Virus record (IMG/VR): IMGVR_UViG_3300032225_001769
Location: 76,612 to 140,611 of that record
Length of the DNA: 64,000 bases
DNA from: a virus
Taxonomy: Duplodnaviria; Heunggongvirae; Uroviricota; Caudoviricetes
Reading direction: 5' to 3' (one strand)
The translations under genes were made by a program, and so were the position numbers. Every line of letters begins with the position of its first letter. The stretch's first letter is position 1. Under the pieces are notes generated by a model. The model did no database searches. It was given only the letters and a program-made list of their open reading frames with translations, and was not told the origin of the DNA. Of the stretch, positions 1-10,406 are shown in pieces.

Positions 1-3000
1 ACCTGTACCACTTTCATATAAGTAAGTATCAACTATACCTCCTTTAACGACAGGAGTTGCCGTAATGCTAGTATAATCACTAGAACTTTCTCTAGAATAT
101 GTTATTGAAACTGAAATATTGGGGTAACTGAAATATTGATATCCAGATCCTTTTGATGCAAACTTAATATAATTTTTTCTATTATAATTTGATAAATCTG
201 TACCTCCAATTCCAGCACTAATTAATCTAAATGAATTATCATCTATTTTTGAAACATAATATTGATACGCAGAAGAAAGTCCTACAATACTTGAGGTCTC
301 ATAATTATACTCAATAAGATCTGCCTCATTAAATCTATGATTATCAAAATTAATACTATGATTTGTAGTAGATACTCCTACTGGTTTTACAATCAACTTT
401 TTATTTTGATATCCTTCACCACCGTCAATTACTTTAATTTCCGATATTGTTTTTTTATCAGATAATGTTGTAAATTTGTGAATACCAGAATTATTTACAT
501 TAGTAAATCCTATGGTATTAATTCCTAAGGAATAATCTGAAAATGACGGATATAATTTTATAGTACTATTATTTTCCTTTTTTACATAATATTGTGAATT
601 ATTAGACAAAGTTCTTGACTGATCATTATTTGATCCAGCAAAAGTTCCAATACCAATTTCACCATTTCCGTTAGAATTATAGGTTACTTCATCTCCAGTA
701 TTTAAGTTATGATTTGTCAAAAATGTTAAAGTGTCATTTGTATAATCTATTCCACCAGAATTTGTAGATAGTCTTCCATCAAAATAAATTTCACGATATC
801 TTGTATTCAAAATCGGTTCTAAAACTGCTCCTTTACCATTGCCACCAGTTACTGTAATTGATACAATAGTATTGATATCAAAATCCTGAGAATCTACAAA
901 TACACTTTTAATACTACCACTCATAACTGGTTGAACTAAAGCAGTTACTCCCAATCCAGTAGAAATTTCAATTAGTGGTGGGTTTATAACATCATAATTA
1001 CTTCCACCATTTAAAACATTGACAGACTTTAGTGGGCCATAATAAATGTGATCATTTGATTTATAATTCTGAATCTCAACTCCATTTATCAACATTCCAA
1101 TTGAACCTGGATGAGTTAATTCACCAGTTCCATTTTGAATATTTTGATTTAGTGGAAATTTTTTGAGTACTTTTTGTCCACCAATAGTTTCTGATTTTTG
1201 TGAGTATAATAAAAATTTATGAGTATTTTGTGAATCAAAAGTCGAATCTAGATAAGTTAAATAATTTCCAGTGCCAATAAATGATCTTGAATCATATAGT
1301 TTGATTTTTTTATTATCTAACTGAACTTCAACATAATAAGTTCCAGTTTCCAATCCGGAAATAACTGATGAACTTGGTTTATAGTAAACCTTATCTCCAG
1401 TAATGAATGGTACTGCATCATTGAAATTGATTGTACTATAATAATTTTCATCAATTTTATCAGTTAATCCAATACTTGTTGAAGATTTTAAATCGGCAGT
1501 TATCTGATAATTATAAGATTTTGGTAAATTTGCACTATTATTTCTTATGTCATTTGATGGTAAAGAATTTGAAGCAATATATGCATACTCATTATTCTCA
1601 TCGTATAAATTTAATACATCAGATAAAATGACATCGTTTCCATATTGAATTGGAACTGTGTAACTACTTGCCTTATTAACCTTTCTTCTTAAGTTATATT
1701 CGACCCCATCTTCATACCACCCATCCAATGAAAAATCATTTAGTTCAATTGTTTTTAGATCATTATCAATAGATTTTACATATGGTATATTTGAACTTGT
1801 AATTGGAAATCTTACTATATTACTATATTTCTCTACAATTTCAACTATATCACCAACTTTCAAACTTGATTTATTAGCAATACTTTTAAGTGTTGGTTTA
1901 GATCCGACAAAAGTTTCTATTTCATAACTACAACTCGTGTTATAGATCCATGAATTTGCAAAAATTTCTTTATATGAACTATTATTATCTTCAATTAACT
2001 CACCTAAACCTTTTATTGAAACTTCATCCCCAACCGAAACTTTAAAATAATCTGATACTGGTACAAATTCGGACAGTACTCCAGTAATTCTAAAGTATGC
2101 CTTTTTAGTAGTATCACCATTTTCATATCCATAATAAATTTCATCAGATCTTACATTGTCTGTAGAATTAATTTCTTCAGTTACACCTGTGCAACCAAAA
2201 AATTGATTAATTGATTTATTTGCATAATTTATAGTATTATTTCCGGATATAATGGTTCCAGACTCTTTAAATCCGATTGTAGAATCAACTGAAATAACCG
2301 AAGATCCTACAGAGACATCTTCTAAACATTTTGTATTTTGCGTAATAGTAAAGTTTCCTTCAATTGCAGATCTTTCATCATATCCAACAAAGAGTGAAAT
2401 CTTATAATACCTTACATTGTCTTTAGTGAATATTTCTACCTCAGATACTGATGCATTAGTAGTTTCATCAGTAGATTTGAAAATAGTTTGTCCAATTAAT
2501 TTGGAAGGATCTCCAGAAATTCTTTCTGCGGATACAACGTTTCTTCTTGTATATTGTGCTGAAGAAGGTTTAATTAAAAAATCTTCTAGATTTACTACTT
2601 TAGGAGTTACTCCATAAAGAACATTAAATAAAATTCTAAATGATTCATCAGTACCTTTAGATTGATAAAAAGATCTTGCATTTTTGATAAAGTTTCCTAC
2701 GTTTAAATCAGAAACAAAATCTACATCTTCTAATCCTGGTGTTAGAGAAAATTTTAATTTTTTATAAAACTCTTTTAAAAATAATGAACTTAAATTTTGT
2801 ACAGGGGATTCTGAATTATGTGTCGAAGATATAGAAGTCGAAAATACTAATTCGTCCTGATTAGAAACTGAATGATATGATGAAATACCACTAAATCCAC
2901 GAATACATCCGGTAAATGTATTTGTAGTTAATCCAGTATATGTGATAATTTCATCATCAATCTTAATCAAACCATATTTTTGAGGAAATCCCTTTGTACT

Positions 3001-3268
3001 TGTTACGGTAATAATTCCTACAGTAGAGTCAATACTGTTGATAAGACTAGTATTATCAACAACAACTTCTGGAATTAAATTGTCAAGTTTCAAATATTGA
3101 TCTAAATTTTCTGCAATATCTACAGAACCACCCTGATACTCCTGAGAAATATAATATTGCTTCAGAAATTCTGAAGCTTTGGGACTTTCATCCAATATAA
3201 ATTCTGGAAGTTGATTATCAATTATTTGCTGTATTTTAACTCTAGATTCAAATCCCGTCTGTATCATA
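1..3268 (-). CDS. Large virion structural protein, probably baseplate wedge (gp7-like by synteny); 5' part of gene, continues past window start
   Basis: ATG at 3266-3268, 4 nt after the gp6-like stop; minus frame open to position 1 (>1089 codons; begins MIQTGFESRVKIQQIIDNQLPEF...); absent from ORF track because unbounded. Confidence 0.45.
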
Positions 3269-3271
3269 TTA

Positions 3272-5164
3272 TTATCTTGTTAGGTTTCCGTTTGAATAAC
3301 TTGATGTATAATAATCTCTGGCAAACACTGTTCCAGATATCTCATCTCCAGATGCAACTACATCTCTAACCATATTTATTGAACTTTTTGAAATATTAAA
3401 ATTCAAATATAAATCCTTTAATCCTAAGATATCATTTGATTCTGGATATGCTTGAATTTCTATAATACCATTTTCAATCTCAGTAGAAGTGATATTAATC
3501 GTTGTTAATTTAATTTCACCCTTTACATAATCAACAGTTCCTGCTGATTGTGCAACAATTTGAATTTTACCATCGGCCGTTGGATTTTTCTTTACAATTG
3601 ATATAATTCCAGATAATCCATCTGAGTTTGGAGTATCTGTCAAGTATACCGTTTCAGTTTCTGTTGGAATTTTAAATCCTGTGGATTTAAAATTGTATCC
3701 TTTAGAGTTTGCATGTAATTTATTACCAAAGCATAACTCATATTGTGAATATTGATTTATTAGTGCTTTAAGATCTCTTCTAATTCTAACTTTTGTAATA
3801 TTGGATGTAATTGAAACATCTGTATTATCAATAATTTGTAAAATTTTACTATATTTGAATCTTCCTCCAAATTTATTTAAATCGGTTGATTTGGAGTATT
3901 CTGTAAGTGAACCTATTACTTTTGTTTTTAAAGATTCTTCTGTTGATACTTGATTCGAATTATAGTAGACTGAACTATCAATCTCAACATAAAGTATTTT
4001 GAGATCAATAATTTTTTGATTAATTCCAGAAATACTATATTGCTTTAATTTATTTTTAATTTGTTCTTTATTAAACGATGAAACATATGTACCATTCTTA
4101 GGTTTAATACTAATATTGACTGTACCATACTCTGGTGGATCCAATTCTTCTCCACCAACAATCGCCACAGATTCTGTATCTGGATAAATTTTCTTAATGA
4201 TTGCCTCATAATCACGGGCAGTGACTGCTCTATACTGTGATGAATAGATTCTTGGTGCAAAATACTTAATTGAATTGATCTCTTCTATTTCTGCACCATT
4301 TTGAGATGACTGACTTGTGGTGACAGTAGATCCTGTTAATACGATTGGATTTCCAGAAGAAGATTTTAATGTGGATTGAAGTGAAAATTGAGAACATCCG
4401 TTTCCTTCGGATCCGTTAGTAACGATATAATGAACCGTTATAATCGCATTATTTTCTAATTTTTTTCCAAATCGATTATCACCAAAAAGAAGTTCGTATT
4501 TTTCATCCTGAACTTCTTGTATTAAATAGATTTCTGATGTTGAATTAATATTTAAAATATTATCGACTAAGGAATATTTTACTCCTAACCCACTATCATT
4601 AATTCCTTTAATATAGACAGAAATTGTTGAAGTGTCAATATATGAATTTTCTAAGATAAATCTTTGGTCAAGAGATCCATCAACTTTAAATTGTTTTGTT
4701 AAGAATATTCCTTGATAGACATCAATTGCCTCAAAGGTTGCCGATCCATTAATTACTTTTGTTGAAATATTTTCTGGAGTACAAAATGTATATGAAGTGT
4801 CATTTGCATTTCCAACACAAACTAAACCTGCCGGAAGTGTTAATGTCGAATCATTAGTGCTTACAGATCCAGTAATTGTTACTTGCGCCTTAGAACAAGT
4901 TCTGGATCTTGGTATGTATCCAATATTTCTTGCTAGTGAGACTACATTTTCTCTGAGTGTTGCAGAATCCAAAAATGATTCATTCACAATCATATTTGAG
5001 TTGAATGCGGTAATATAGGTATTATATGCTAAAGTATCGATTAGTACTGAAAAATTAGATCCTTCAAAGTCAAAATCCGTGAATGTGGAGTTAGCACGGA
5101 GATAATCTTTGATTGATGTCTTTATTTGGTCAAAGTCTAGGTTTGTAAATTTAGTAAAAGGCAT
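3272..5164 (-). CDS. gp6: Baseplate wedge subunit gp6-like
   Basis: 630 aa; N-terminus (MPFTKFTNLDFDQIKTSIKDYL...ASLRENV..LARNIGYIPRSR) matches the T4 gp6 family; immediately downstream of gp25-like gene as in T4-like cyanophages. Confidence 0.7.
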   Translation of the reverse strand: MPFTKFTNLDFDQIKTSIKDYLRANSTFTDFDFEGSNFSVLIDTLAYNTYITAFNSNMIVNESFLDSATLRENVVSLARNIGYIPRSRTCSKAQVTITGSVSTNDSTLTLPAGLVCVGNANDTSYTFCTPENISTKVINGSATFEAIDVYQGIFLTKQFKVDGSLDQRFILENSYIDTSTISVYIKGINDSGLGVKYSLVDNILNINSTSEIYLIQEVQDEKYELLFGDNRFGKKLENNAIITVHYIVTNGSEGNGCSQFSLQSTLKSSSGNPIVLTGSTVTTSQSSQNGAEIEEINSIKYFAPRIYSSQYRAVTARDYEAIIKKIYPDTESVAIVGGEELDPPEYGTVNISIKPKNGTYVSSFNKEQIKNKLKQYSISGINQKIIDLKILYVEIDSSVYYNSNQVSTEESLKTKVIGSLTEYSKSTDLNKFGGRFKYSKILQIIDNTDVSITSNITKVRIRRDLKALINQYSQYELCFGNKLHANSKGYNFKSTGFKIPTETETVYLTDTPNSDGLSGIISIVKKNPTADGKIQIVAQSAGTVDYVKGEIKLTTINITSTEIENGIIEIQAYPESNDILGLKDLYLNFNISKSSINMVRDVVASGDEISGTVFARDYYTSSYSNGNLTR

Positions 5165-5165
5165 T

Positions 5166-5567
5166 TTATCTTGTTGCCTCTAGTAGAAATGTAAATTGTT
5201 GTGTGGGAATTTCTTGTCCAATAATATCAAATATCACAGTAACTTCAAATGAATTATTATCCGGTTGAGGATCTACCTCCACTTTTACATTATTTACTCT
5301 TGGTTCATAGTTTTCAATTATGATTTCAATTTGATTTTGCACTACAGATGCAGTACCATAGTCTACAAATTCAAATAAACTTGAACGAACATTAGATCCG
5401 AGTAATGAATTGAAAAATCTTTCAGTCGGAATTGTTTCTACCAGATTACGAATTGATCTGATAATTGCACGTTCATTCTTAAGTATTGGTAGATCCTTCG
5501 TCACCGGATGGGGTTCAAAGGATAAACTAATATCTTTAAATGATCTAGATATCCTTTGAACTGCCAT
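5166..5567 (-). CDS. gp25: Baseplate wedge subunit gp25-like (lysozyme-like fold)
   Basis: 133 aa; gp25/GPW family pattern (ISLSFEPHP..KD...I.SIRNLV.T..GER); 1-nt gap to gp6-like; NATAAATA-type motif upstream (5586-5593). Confidence 0.75.
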   Translation of the reverse strand: MAVQRISRSFKDISLSFEPHPVTKDLPILKNERAIIRSIRNLVETIPTERFFNSLLGSNVRSSLFEFVDYGTASVVQNQIEIIIENYEPRVNNVKVEVDPQPDNNSFEVTVIFDIIGQEIPTQQFTFLLEATR

Positions 5568-5605
5568 TGGATAATAAAATTGCTATATTTTATTTATGTT
5601 GATTT

Positions 5606-5833
5606 TTAGAAACAATGGTAAGTTGGTTCTGTTCCATATTCCCAATCATCATAATCCTCATCATTACGAATCTTCTCATGTAATTCAGTTTGCTTTTTGA
5701 AATTATGCTTCGGTGCATAATCGTACATAACTTCCTGAATTACTCTTTCTGTCTTAATTTTTGGATAATCAGTGATTAGTTGATTAGTTCCCCACATTTC
5801 TCTCATGTAATTTGTGTCTCTATCGGGTTGCAT
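5606..5833 (-). CDS. hypothetical protein (75 aa)
   Basis: ORF track; GGAG SD 8 nt upstream; co-oriented operon. Confidence 0.4.
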   Translation of the reverse strand: MQPDRDTNYMREMWGTNQLITDYPKIKTERVIQEVMYDYAPKHNFKKQTELHEKIRNDEDYDDWEYGTEPTYHCF

Positions 5834-5898
5834 TTTAGCTCCTGTTTTTGGTAAAACAGAACTTTTTTGGAAGGAGGTTGCTATCTCCCTATTCCTAT

Positions 5899-6255
5899 TT
5901 AACGATCTATCTCTTTCAGTGTAAAATTATTTGAATCAAAATATTTTAACATCTCTAGAGCAATTAATTTTGGATTCCCTTCCCCACAGGTATAAACATC
6001 AATTGCAATGGCACCCTCTTCAGGCCATGTATGACAAGAAACATGACTTTCTGAAAGTGCAATGACGATTGTGACTCCTTGCGGAACAAAACAGTGCTGA
6101 AAAATATTCAGAATTGTCATTCCTGCACGTTCAATTCCACGTTTCATTACATTCTGAATCGAAGTTCCGTCATTCAACAATTCATATTTTACATCGTACA
6201 CCTCTAGTAAAAGGTGCTTACCCATTGAGAATCTTTCCAAGGCATAAAATCTCAC
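5899..6255 (-). CDS. speD: S-adenosylmethionine decarboxylase proenzyme (pyruvoyl-dependent, class 1b)
   Basis: 118 aa; self-cleavage/active-site motif LSESHVSCHTWPEEG; known cyanophage auxiliary metabolic gene; AATAAATA motif upstream (6265-6272). Confidence 0.8.
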   Translation of the reverse strand: MRFYALERFSMGKHLLLEVYDVKYELLNDGTSIQNVMKRGIERAGMTILNIFQHCFVPQGVTIVIALSESHVSCHTWPEEGAIAIDVYTCGEGNPKLIALEMLKYFDSNNFTLKEIDR

Positions 6256-6266
6256 TAAAAAGTTAT

Positions 6267-6476
6267 TTATTTACGAGGAAAATCTGCGTTTAATCTATTC
6301 AGAGTATAATTCTTTTGTATACGAATTTCAGAATTCTTAAATGTCCAACATTCTCCATTCTCATCGAGAAAAACGACCCATTCTAAGTCGTGCTCTTGAG
6401 AACGATCAACACAAAAAAATGCCCAGCCTTTACCTTTCGGTGTAGTGACTGGGATTGTAGGATTCAATTGAATCAT
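6267..6476 (-). CDS. hypothetical protein (69 aa)
   Basis: ORF track; start directly abuts upstream stop. Confidence 0.4.
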   Translation of the reverse strand: MIQLNPTIPVTTPKGKGWAFFCVDRSQEHDLEWVVFLDENGECWTFKNSEIRIQKNYTLNRLNADFPRK

Positions 6477-6617
6477 TTAGTTGCCTTGTCCTCTATATTT
6501 CTTATGAGGTTTGTTACGAGACGTAGCGGCATACTTAGTATGAGCACCAGCACCCTGACGAGTCTTTTTGGGTTTTGACTCAACAACGTTGCCGGATGAT
6601 GAAAGTCTTTTAGACAT
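6477..6617 (-). CDS. small basic protein (46 aa; MSKRLSSSGNVVESKPKKTRQGAGAHTKYAATSRNKPHKKYRGQGN)
   Basis: ATG 6615-6617, TAA 6477-6479 abutting next ATG; below ORF-track cutoff. Confidence 0.3.
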   Translation of the reverse strand: MSKRLSSSGNVVESKPKKTRQGAGAHTKYAATSRNKPHKKYRGQGN

Positions 6618-6620
6618 TGT

Positions 6621-6779
6621 TTAATCTCCTATAATTTCAGTTTCAATTTCATGAGGATTTGGAGAACCTGACTGATAAAAATCATTTGCCAGATCCTCCA
6701 TAACATTGAAGTACTCTTCTTCTGTGAGTGAGGAGTATATTTTACGTCCTTTACAGAGTATGTTGTACTTGTCTGCCAT
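6621..6779 (-). CDS. small hypothetical protein (52 aa)
   Basis: ATG 6777-6779, TAA 6621-6623; fills gap in tightly packed operon. Confidence 0.3.
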   Translation of the reverse strand: MADKYNILCKGRKIYSSLTEEEYFNVMEDLANDFYQSGSPNPHEIETEIIGD

Positions 6780-6783
6780 CGTA

Positions 6784-7542
6784 TCAAATTACTCTTGTTT
6801 TTTCGTGACCGACTCTAATGCGAGGGTCGCACCAGATTTCAAATCCTGCTTCCTTTGCATCCAGGCAGAAACTTACATCCTCTCCACACATATCCTGAAC
6901 CTCTCCTGATTCAAAGACTTGCATCTTTGGTGCAAACCATGGATACTTCATCTCCGAATGTTCAAAGACTCCTTTTTTGATGAGCAACCATCCAAATCCA
7001 GTATAGTCTACTGTAAATGGTTTGCGGCGCTTTGAGATACTTTCTACAGTTTCGTGATTCATGACTCCACCATTATTGCGGAAATCATCTTCTTCAAGCC
7101 AATGTGCTACTGATGTAGTCACACCATCTTCGGTTGCATACCAACCGGCGGCGAGATCTTTGTCCATCAGAACCAATTGCCAAAAACTATTTGAATTAAA
7201 AACAATGTCAGAATCAATCCAAAGTTGCCAATCATAATTTAGTTTGCCGTCCCAGGGAATCTGATCCGGTCCTCTCAGTACATTCGCTCCTAAACATTTG
7301 CATCTTGCAAAGTTTACCATGGATGAATAGTCTTGCGAGATCTGAATGCTTGCTCCCGATTGTACAAGATCAAAACAGAGTTGTACAAAATTTTTCAAGT
7401 AAGTATAGGAAACTCCTCTGCCGGGAAGACAAAATACGATTGATTTTCCTTTTACCATTTCTCTTGCGAGATTGTAATCCCATTCTTCCTGAGATTGCCC
7501 CGTGATGGGTGCCTTTGCTTTTACGGTGAATCCCTTTGCCAT
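6784..7542 (-). CDS. putative glycosyltransferase (GT-A fold-like)
   Basis: 252 aa; DxD-like IDSDIVF and C-terminal CGEDVSFCLDAKEAGFEIWCDPRIRVGHE resembling GT2/GT25 ED..F...G...P.V.H signature. Confidence 0.45.
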   Translation of the reverse strand: MAKGFTVKAKAPITGQSQEEWDYNLAREMVKGKSIVFCLPGRGVSYTYLKNFVQLCFDLVQSGASIQISQDYSSMVNFARCKCLGANVLRGPDQIPWDGKLNYDWQLWIDSDIVFNSNSFWQLVLMDKDLAAGWYATEDGVTTSVAHWLEEDDFRNNGGVMNHETVESISKRRKPFTVDYTGFGWLLIKKGVFEHSEMKYPWFAPKMQVFESGEVQDMCGEDVSFCLDAKEAGFEIWCDPRIRVGHEKTRVI

Positions 7543-7592
7543 AAAATTTTAAGTAATTACTTCAGTATCATAACTCATTATATAGTATTTGT

Positions 7593-7765
7593 CAATCTTG
7601 GTGTTCTGTGAGAATGACTTCGTTTCCTTCGACTTTAAATGCAATTTCGGTATATTCATACCATGAGAGTTCGGTGGCGATACTCTCTGGAATTATCAAA
7701 TAATAATTTCCAGTAATCGGATCGATCTGTACGGACTCAAAAATTTCCTCGGAATTTTTTTTCAT
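7593..7765 (-). CDS. small protein, possible AbrB/MazE-like swapped-hairpin DNA binder (57 aa)
   Basis: ATG 7763-7765; sequence MKKNSEEIFESVQIDPITGNYYLIIPESIATELSWYEYTEIAFKVEGNEVILTEHQD; TATAAT-like hexamer upstream. Confidence 0.3.
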
Positions 7766-8003
7766 TTTTTTGTATATAAGTTTACAATTTCAAATTATAT
7801 AGTGTTTTTGATTTTTATGTATGCGGGGGGGTTTTGAGTGTTTTTGTGGGACGCGGAATTTTTTTGTTTAGAGTGATATATAGAGGTCGATCTGGGTCGT
7901 TTATAGATTATATAGTACCTATGGGCTTAAGGGGCGCGGCGCAAAATATAACAAACAACTGCGATTCACGCACGAACGAATATAACGAACAACGAACGAA
8001 TAG

Positions 8004-8032
8004 GGGGCACAGAGTATAACGAACTGTGCCCC
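8004..8032 (-). terminator. hairpin GGGGCACAG-N11-CTGTGCCCC (second of two tandem terminators after 8080..8735)
   Basis: perfect 9-bp inverted repeat read directly. Confidence 0.4.
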
Positions 8033-8053
8033 ACGAACGTATACTGAATGGGA

Positions 8054-8071
8054 GGGGGAGTTGCCTCCCCC
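8054..8071 (-). terminator. intrinsic-terminator-like hairpin GGGGGAG-TTGC-CTCCCCC (GGAGGC-loop-GCCTCC family)
   Basis: 7-bp GC stem + tetraloop 9 nt after the stop of 8080..8735. Confidence 0.5.
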
Positions 8072-8079
8072 GATGTAAC

Positions 8080-8735
8080 TCACCAACCGAACTTGGTGGC
8101 GCAGACAGGACCGATGCCCCGCTCGATTGACTCTTTAACGGTTAACTCTCTGCCGCAACATGAGCAGGAACCGCTAACCTTACCGTAGCGAATCGCTGCG
8201 GTGAGAGGATCACTGGCGGCGCCCAAGATCACCTCCTTGACTGTATCGGAAAGGCGCGAATCGAGCGCGGTACGTGTTACCTTTCCAAGGTATTTTGGTT
8301 TCATACCATAATCACCTTCCTCAGATTCGGTCTGAGAAGTAATCCAAAGCGCGGTAAGATCCCGATTCGGTTTAACGTTAACACCCTCGAATCGTAGGGT
8401 CAGGCGCTTAGCACCTTTGTTTTTTGCTGCCTCAAAGGCATTAAACAATGCCTCAAATTGCGAGGGTTCGTTAGAATCAACCGCCGCAGACTGCGCTGCA
8501 AAATCGACCGCCAACTTATGCACCCACGCTAACTGTTTGTCAGACAACTTGTCTGCATTATACAATGAACGGGCGAAACTGCCGGGGACAAACTGTAGCA
8601 AATCCCATGCAGTGTCGTCCATGAAATTAGATTCAAAGGTGATAGACTCACCCTTGCAAACTACACTAAACTGGCGGGCGGGAAGCACGGCGCGGGCGAT
8701 CAGGGCGGCGGCGGTGGTGGTAGGGAAGGTCATCG
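8080..8735 (-). CDS. hypothetical protein with C-terminal Cys cluster (zinc-ribbon-like; ~218 aa from MTFPTTTAAALIA...)
   Basis: ORF track 8080..8763 but the first 9 codons are cassette leader; real ATG 8733-8735; ~58% GC versus AT-rich surroundings; ...SGSCSCCGRELT..GIGPVC. Confidence 0.5.
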
Positions 8736-8800
8736 GGTCAGTGGTGGTTGACTTCCTAATCATACATCATCGGCACCGGCACCGTGAGAGGCAAACGGTA
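8736..8800 (-). promoter_or_regulatory. cassette promoter element (subfamily I variant): TATGAT -10, leader ..AAGTCAACCACC.., preceded by terminator hairpin GGGCAGG-ATTACG-CCTGCCC
   Basis: aligned with other cassettes by AAGTCAACC anchor. Confidence 0.45.
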
Positions 8801-8867
8801 GCAACGGATACCTTTTGCCTAATTGGAAAGAATGGGGCAGGATTACGCCTGCCCTGATTGTAACTAA

Positions 8868-9135
8868 TCAGCGGCATCCGTCATGCCATGCTATGCCACA
8901 TGAATTATGGGCAAGCATCTCCTCATCGGAGGGTTCCCATTCACTAGCAATATGGTTAGCAATATCGGCAGGAGTTTTGCGCTCCAGAATACCCTCGATT
9001 GCCAACTCCGTTGCCCATTCATTGTCGCCACACTGGGTATATTCATCATTGAATATAAACCCGTCAATCTGAAACAAACAATCATCAATGATTGCCAAGA
9101 TGTCATCAATGAGAATGACGGGGGCGGAAGTCATG
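8868..9135 (-). CDS. small acidic hypothetical protein (89 aa from MTSAPVILIDD...)
   Basis: track 8868..9230 trimmed to ATG 9133-9135 after cassette leader (..KSTTTDRP are leader codons). Confidence 0.45.
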
Positions 9136-9232
9136 GGTCGGTCGGTGGTGGTGGACTTGCTAATCCTACAGCATCGGAAGCGGTCCCGGTCGGATCGGTG
9201 ACAGAATCGGGACGGTTCCAGAATTGGCACAA
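9136..9232 (-). promoter_or_regulatory. cassette element: dyad box (GTGCCAATTCTGGAAC) + hairpin GTCCCG..CGGGAC + TAGGAT -10 + leader GCAAGTCCACCACCACCGACCGACCC
   Basis: subfamily I consensus. Confidence 0.5.
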
Positions 9233-9239
9233 TGGCGCC

Positions 9240-9430
9240 GCCGGGATGGCAGTTAGCATAAACAATAAAGAATCAATCAGGATTGCAAAGTATAAGAAAT
9301 AACTGTCCTTTGAGGATTGATTGTGATTCGATTAACCACACCACTGACCATAAAGAATCACAATCAATCCTGAAAAGATAGTATAAAGAATAAAGAATTA
9401 CTTTGATTCATTCTCTATTCTTTATATCTT
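9240..9430. repeat. AT-rich non-coding region with 17-bp perfect inverted repeat AGGATTGATTGTGATTC/GAATCACAATCAATCCT (25-nt spacer) and 5 copies of ATAAAGAAT
   Basis: read directly; no plausible ORF. Confidence 0.6.
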
Positions 9431-9435
9431 ATACC

Positions 9436-9594
9436 TCACACTTCATCTTGATTCATTACACTATACGTGTGCATCTTTTCAATGATTGCATAACACGCAT
9501 TATACGATTCCTCATCATCTGTGCATCCCATGTGTGCAAACATCGCATCATAGATTACATCGAGTTCGCGTGAATTGAAGGTGTGAATGTTCAT
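9436..9594 (-). CDS. hypothetical protein (52 aa from MNIHTFNSREL...)
   Basis: track 9436..9651; first ATG at 9592-9594. Confidence 0.35.
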   Translation of the reverse strand: MNIHTFNSRELDVIYDAMFAHMGCTDDEESYNACYAIIEKMHTYSVMNQDEV

Positions 9595-9791
9595 GACTTT
9601 TCTCAATCTTGGTGAGTAGTGTACTATGAAAGATGTGCAGGAGATCCACAAGAATGATAGAAATTAATAATTTTTATCATTCTTTGTGCCTCTTCCATTG
9701 TAGAGAATGATTGAGTTCTCCAGGATTGAGTATAGGGAGCGAAGAAGCGAATCGTGATCATGTGAATTGGGGAGTGAGAGGGTAAAGAATT

Positions 9792-9813
9792 GGGGGGAGG
9801 ATTGTGCCTCCCC
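9792..9813 (-). terminator. terminator hairpin GGGGAGG-CACAAT-CCTCCCC followed by T-rich tract
   Basis: GGAGGC-family hairpin downstream of 9827..9985. Confidence 0.45.
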
Positions 9814-9826
9814 AGAGTATAGACAA

Positions 9827-9985
9827 TCAGTCGTTTTTGTACCTCTCAGCATACACGCGGGAGATGTTTGCCGAGGAAGATGTAAGAATCTCCCCGGCAA
9901 TCACGATCTGTTTATCTTTGCTATTCTTTGCTACCCATACCAATTCTTTAGTCTGAAGATCGCTTGCGACGTTGAAACTTGCCAT
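9827..9985 (-). CDS. small hypothetical protein (52 aa, MASFNVASDLQTKELVWVAKNSKDKQIVIAGEILTSSSANISRVYAERYKND)
   Basis: ATG immediately after cassette 9986-10071; ends before terminator; track ORFs 9664..9900(-) and 9767..10018(+) span the hairpin and look spurious. Confidence 0.35.
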   Translation of the reverse strand: MASFNVASDLQTKELVWVAKNSKDKQIVIAGEILTSSSANISRVYAERYKND

Positions 9986-10071
9986 GAGTCGGTGGTGTGG
10001 TTGACTTCTACAGTATAAAGGCAGGAAAGGGGGAACCGTGATCCCCCTTGTGACACTTATCAGACTGTCAC
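9986..10071 (-). promoter_or_regulatory. cassette element subfamily I: box GTGACAGTCTGATAAGTGTCAC (contains upstream TGA stop) + G5..C5 hairpin + TATACT -10 + leader AAGTCAACCACACCACCGAC
   Basis: near-identical to 10407-10498. Confidence 0.6.
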
Positions 10072-10406
10072 TCTACATACATTCCGCTGGTGAAAGGTAC
10101 AATTTTATATTCTATCTTGAACGCTTCACAGATACTAATCATCCAAACTCCCGCTTTCTGATATACCCTTTCATGACCGCAACCGTGCGCGGAGAGTAGA
10201 GCATTCAACCTCGATTTTGTGGTGGCAGACTGTTTGCCACCATCCCACAAACGAATCCAGGATTCTCCAATCTCGGCAATCTTGTTGCCGTAAAGGTATA
10301 CGCGGGAAACGCAATTCCCCTCTTCATACTCTACACGAGTATTGGAATTCTGCCAGTTGATCCGCTCAATAATGGCAGAATTCATCTCAGATTCGATCTT
10401 ACGCAT
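10068..10406 (-). CDS. hypothetical protein (112 aa)
   Basis: ORF track; stop TGA lies inside dyad box. Confidence 0.5.
   Translation of the reverse strand: MRKIESEMNSAIIERINWQNSNTRVEYEEGNCVSRVYLYGNKIAEIGESWIRLWDGGKQSATTKSRLNALLSAHGCGHERVYQKAGVWMISICEAFKIEYKIVPFTSGMYVE

Noticed and set aside
6784-7542. Calling 6784..7542 a baseplate/structural gene because of its position next to the structural block
   Set aside because: The sequence shows DxD and GEDxxF...G....P.V.H glycosyltransferase-like signatures rather than fibre or baseplate composition. It is kept as a putative glycosyltransferase at low confidence.
7834-8019. Plus-strand 61-aa ORF in the ACGAAC repeat region
   Set aside because: It lies within simple repeats and terminator hairpins. 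It has an Arg/Gly-rich artefactual composition and no start context.
9664-10018. Track ORFs 9664..9900(-) and 9767..10018(+)
   Set aside because: Both span the terminator hairpin 9792-9813. A 52-aa ORF 9827..9985, bounded by the cassette promoter and the terminator, fits the local architecture better.
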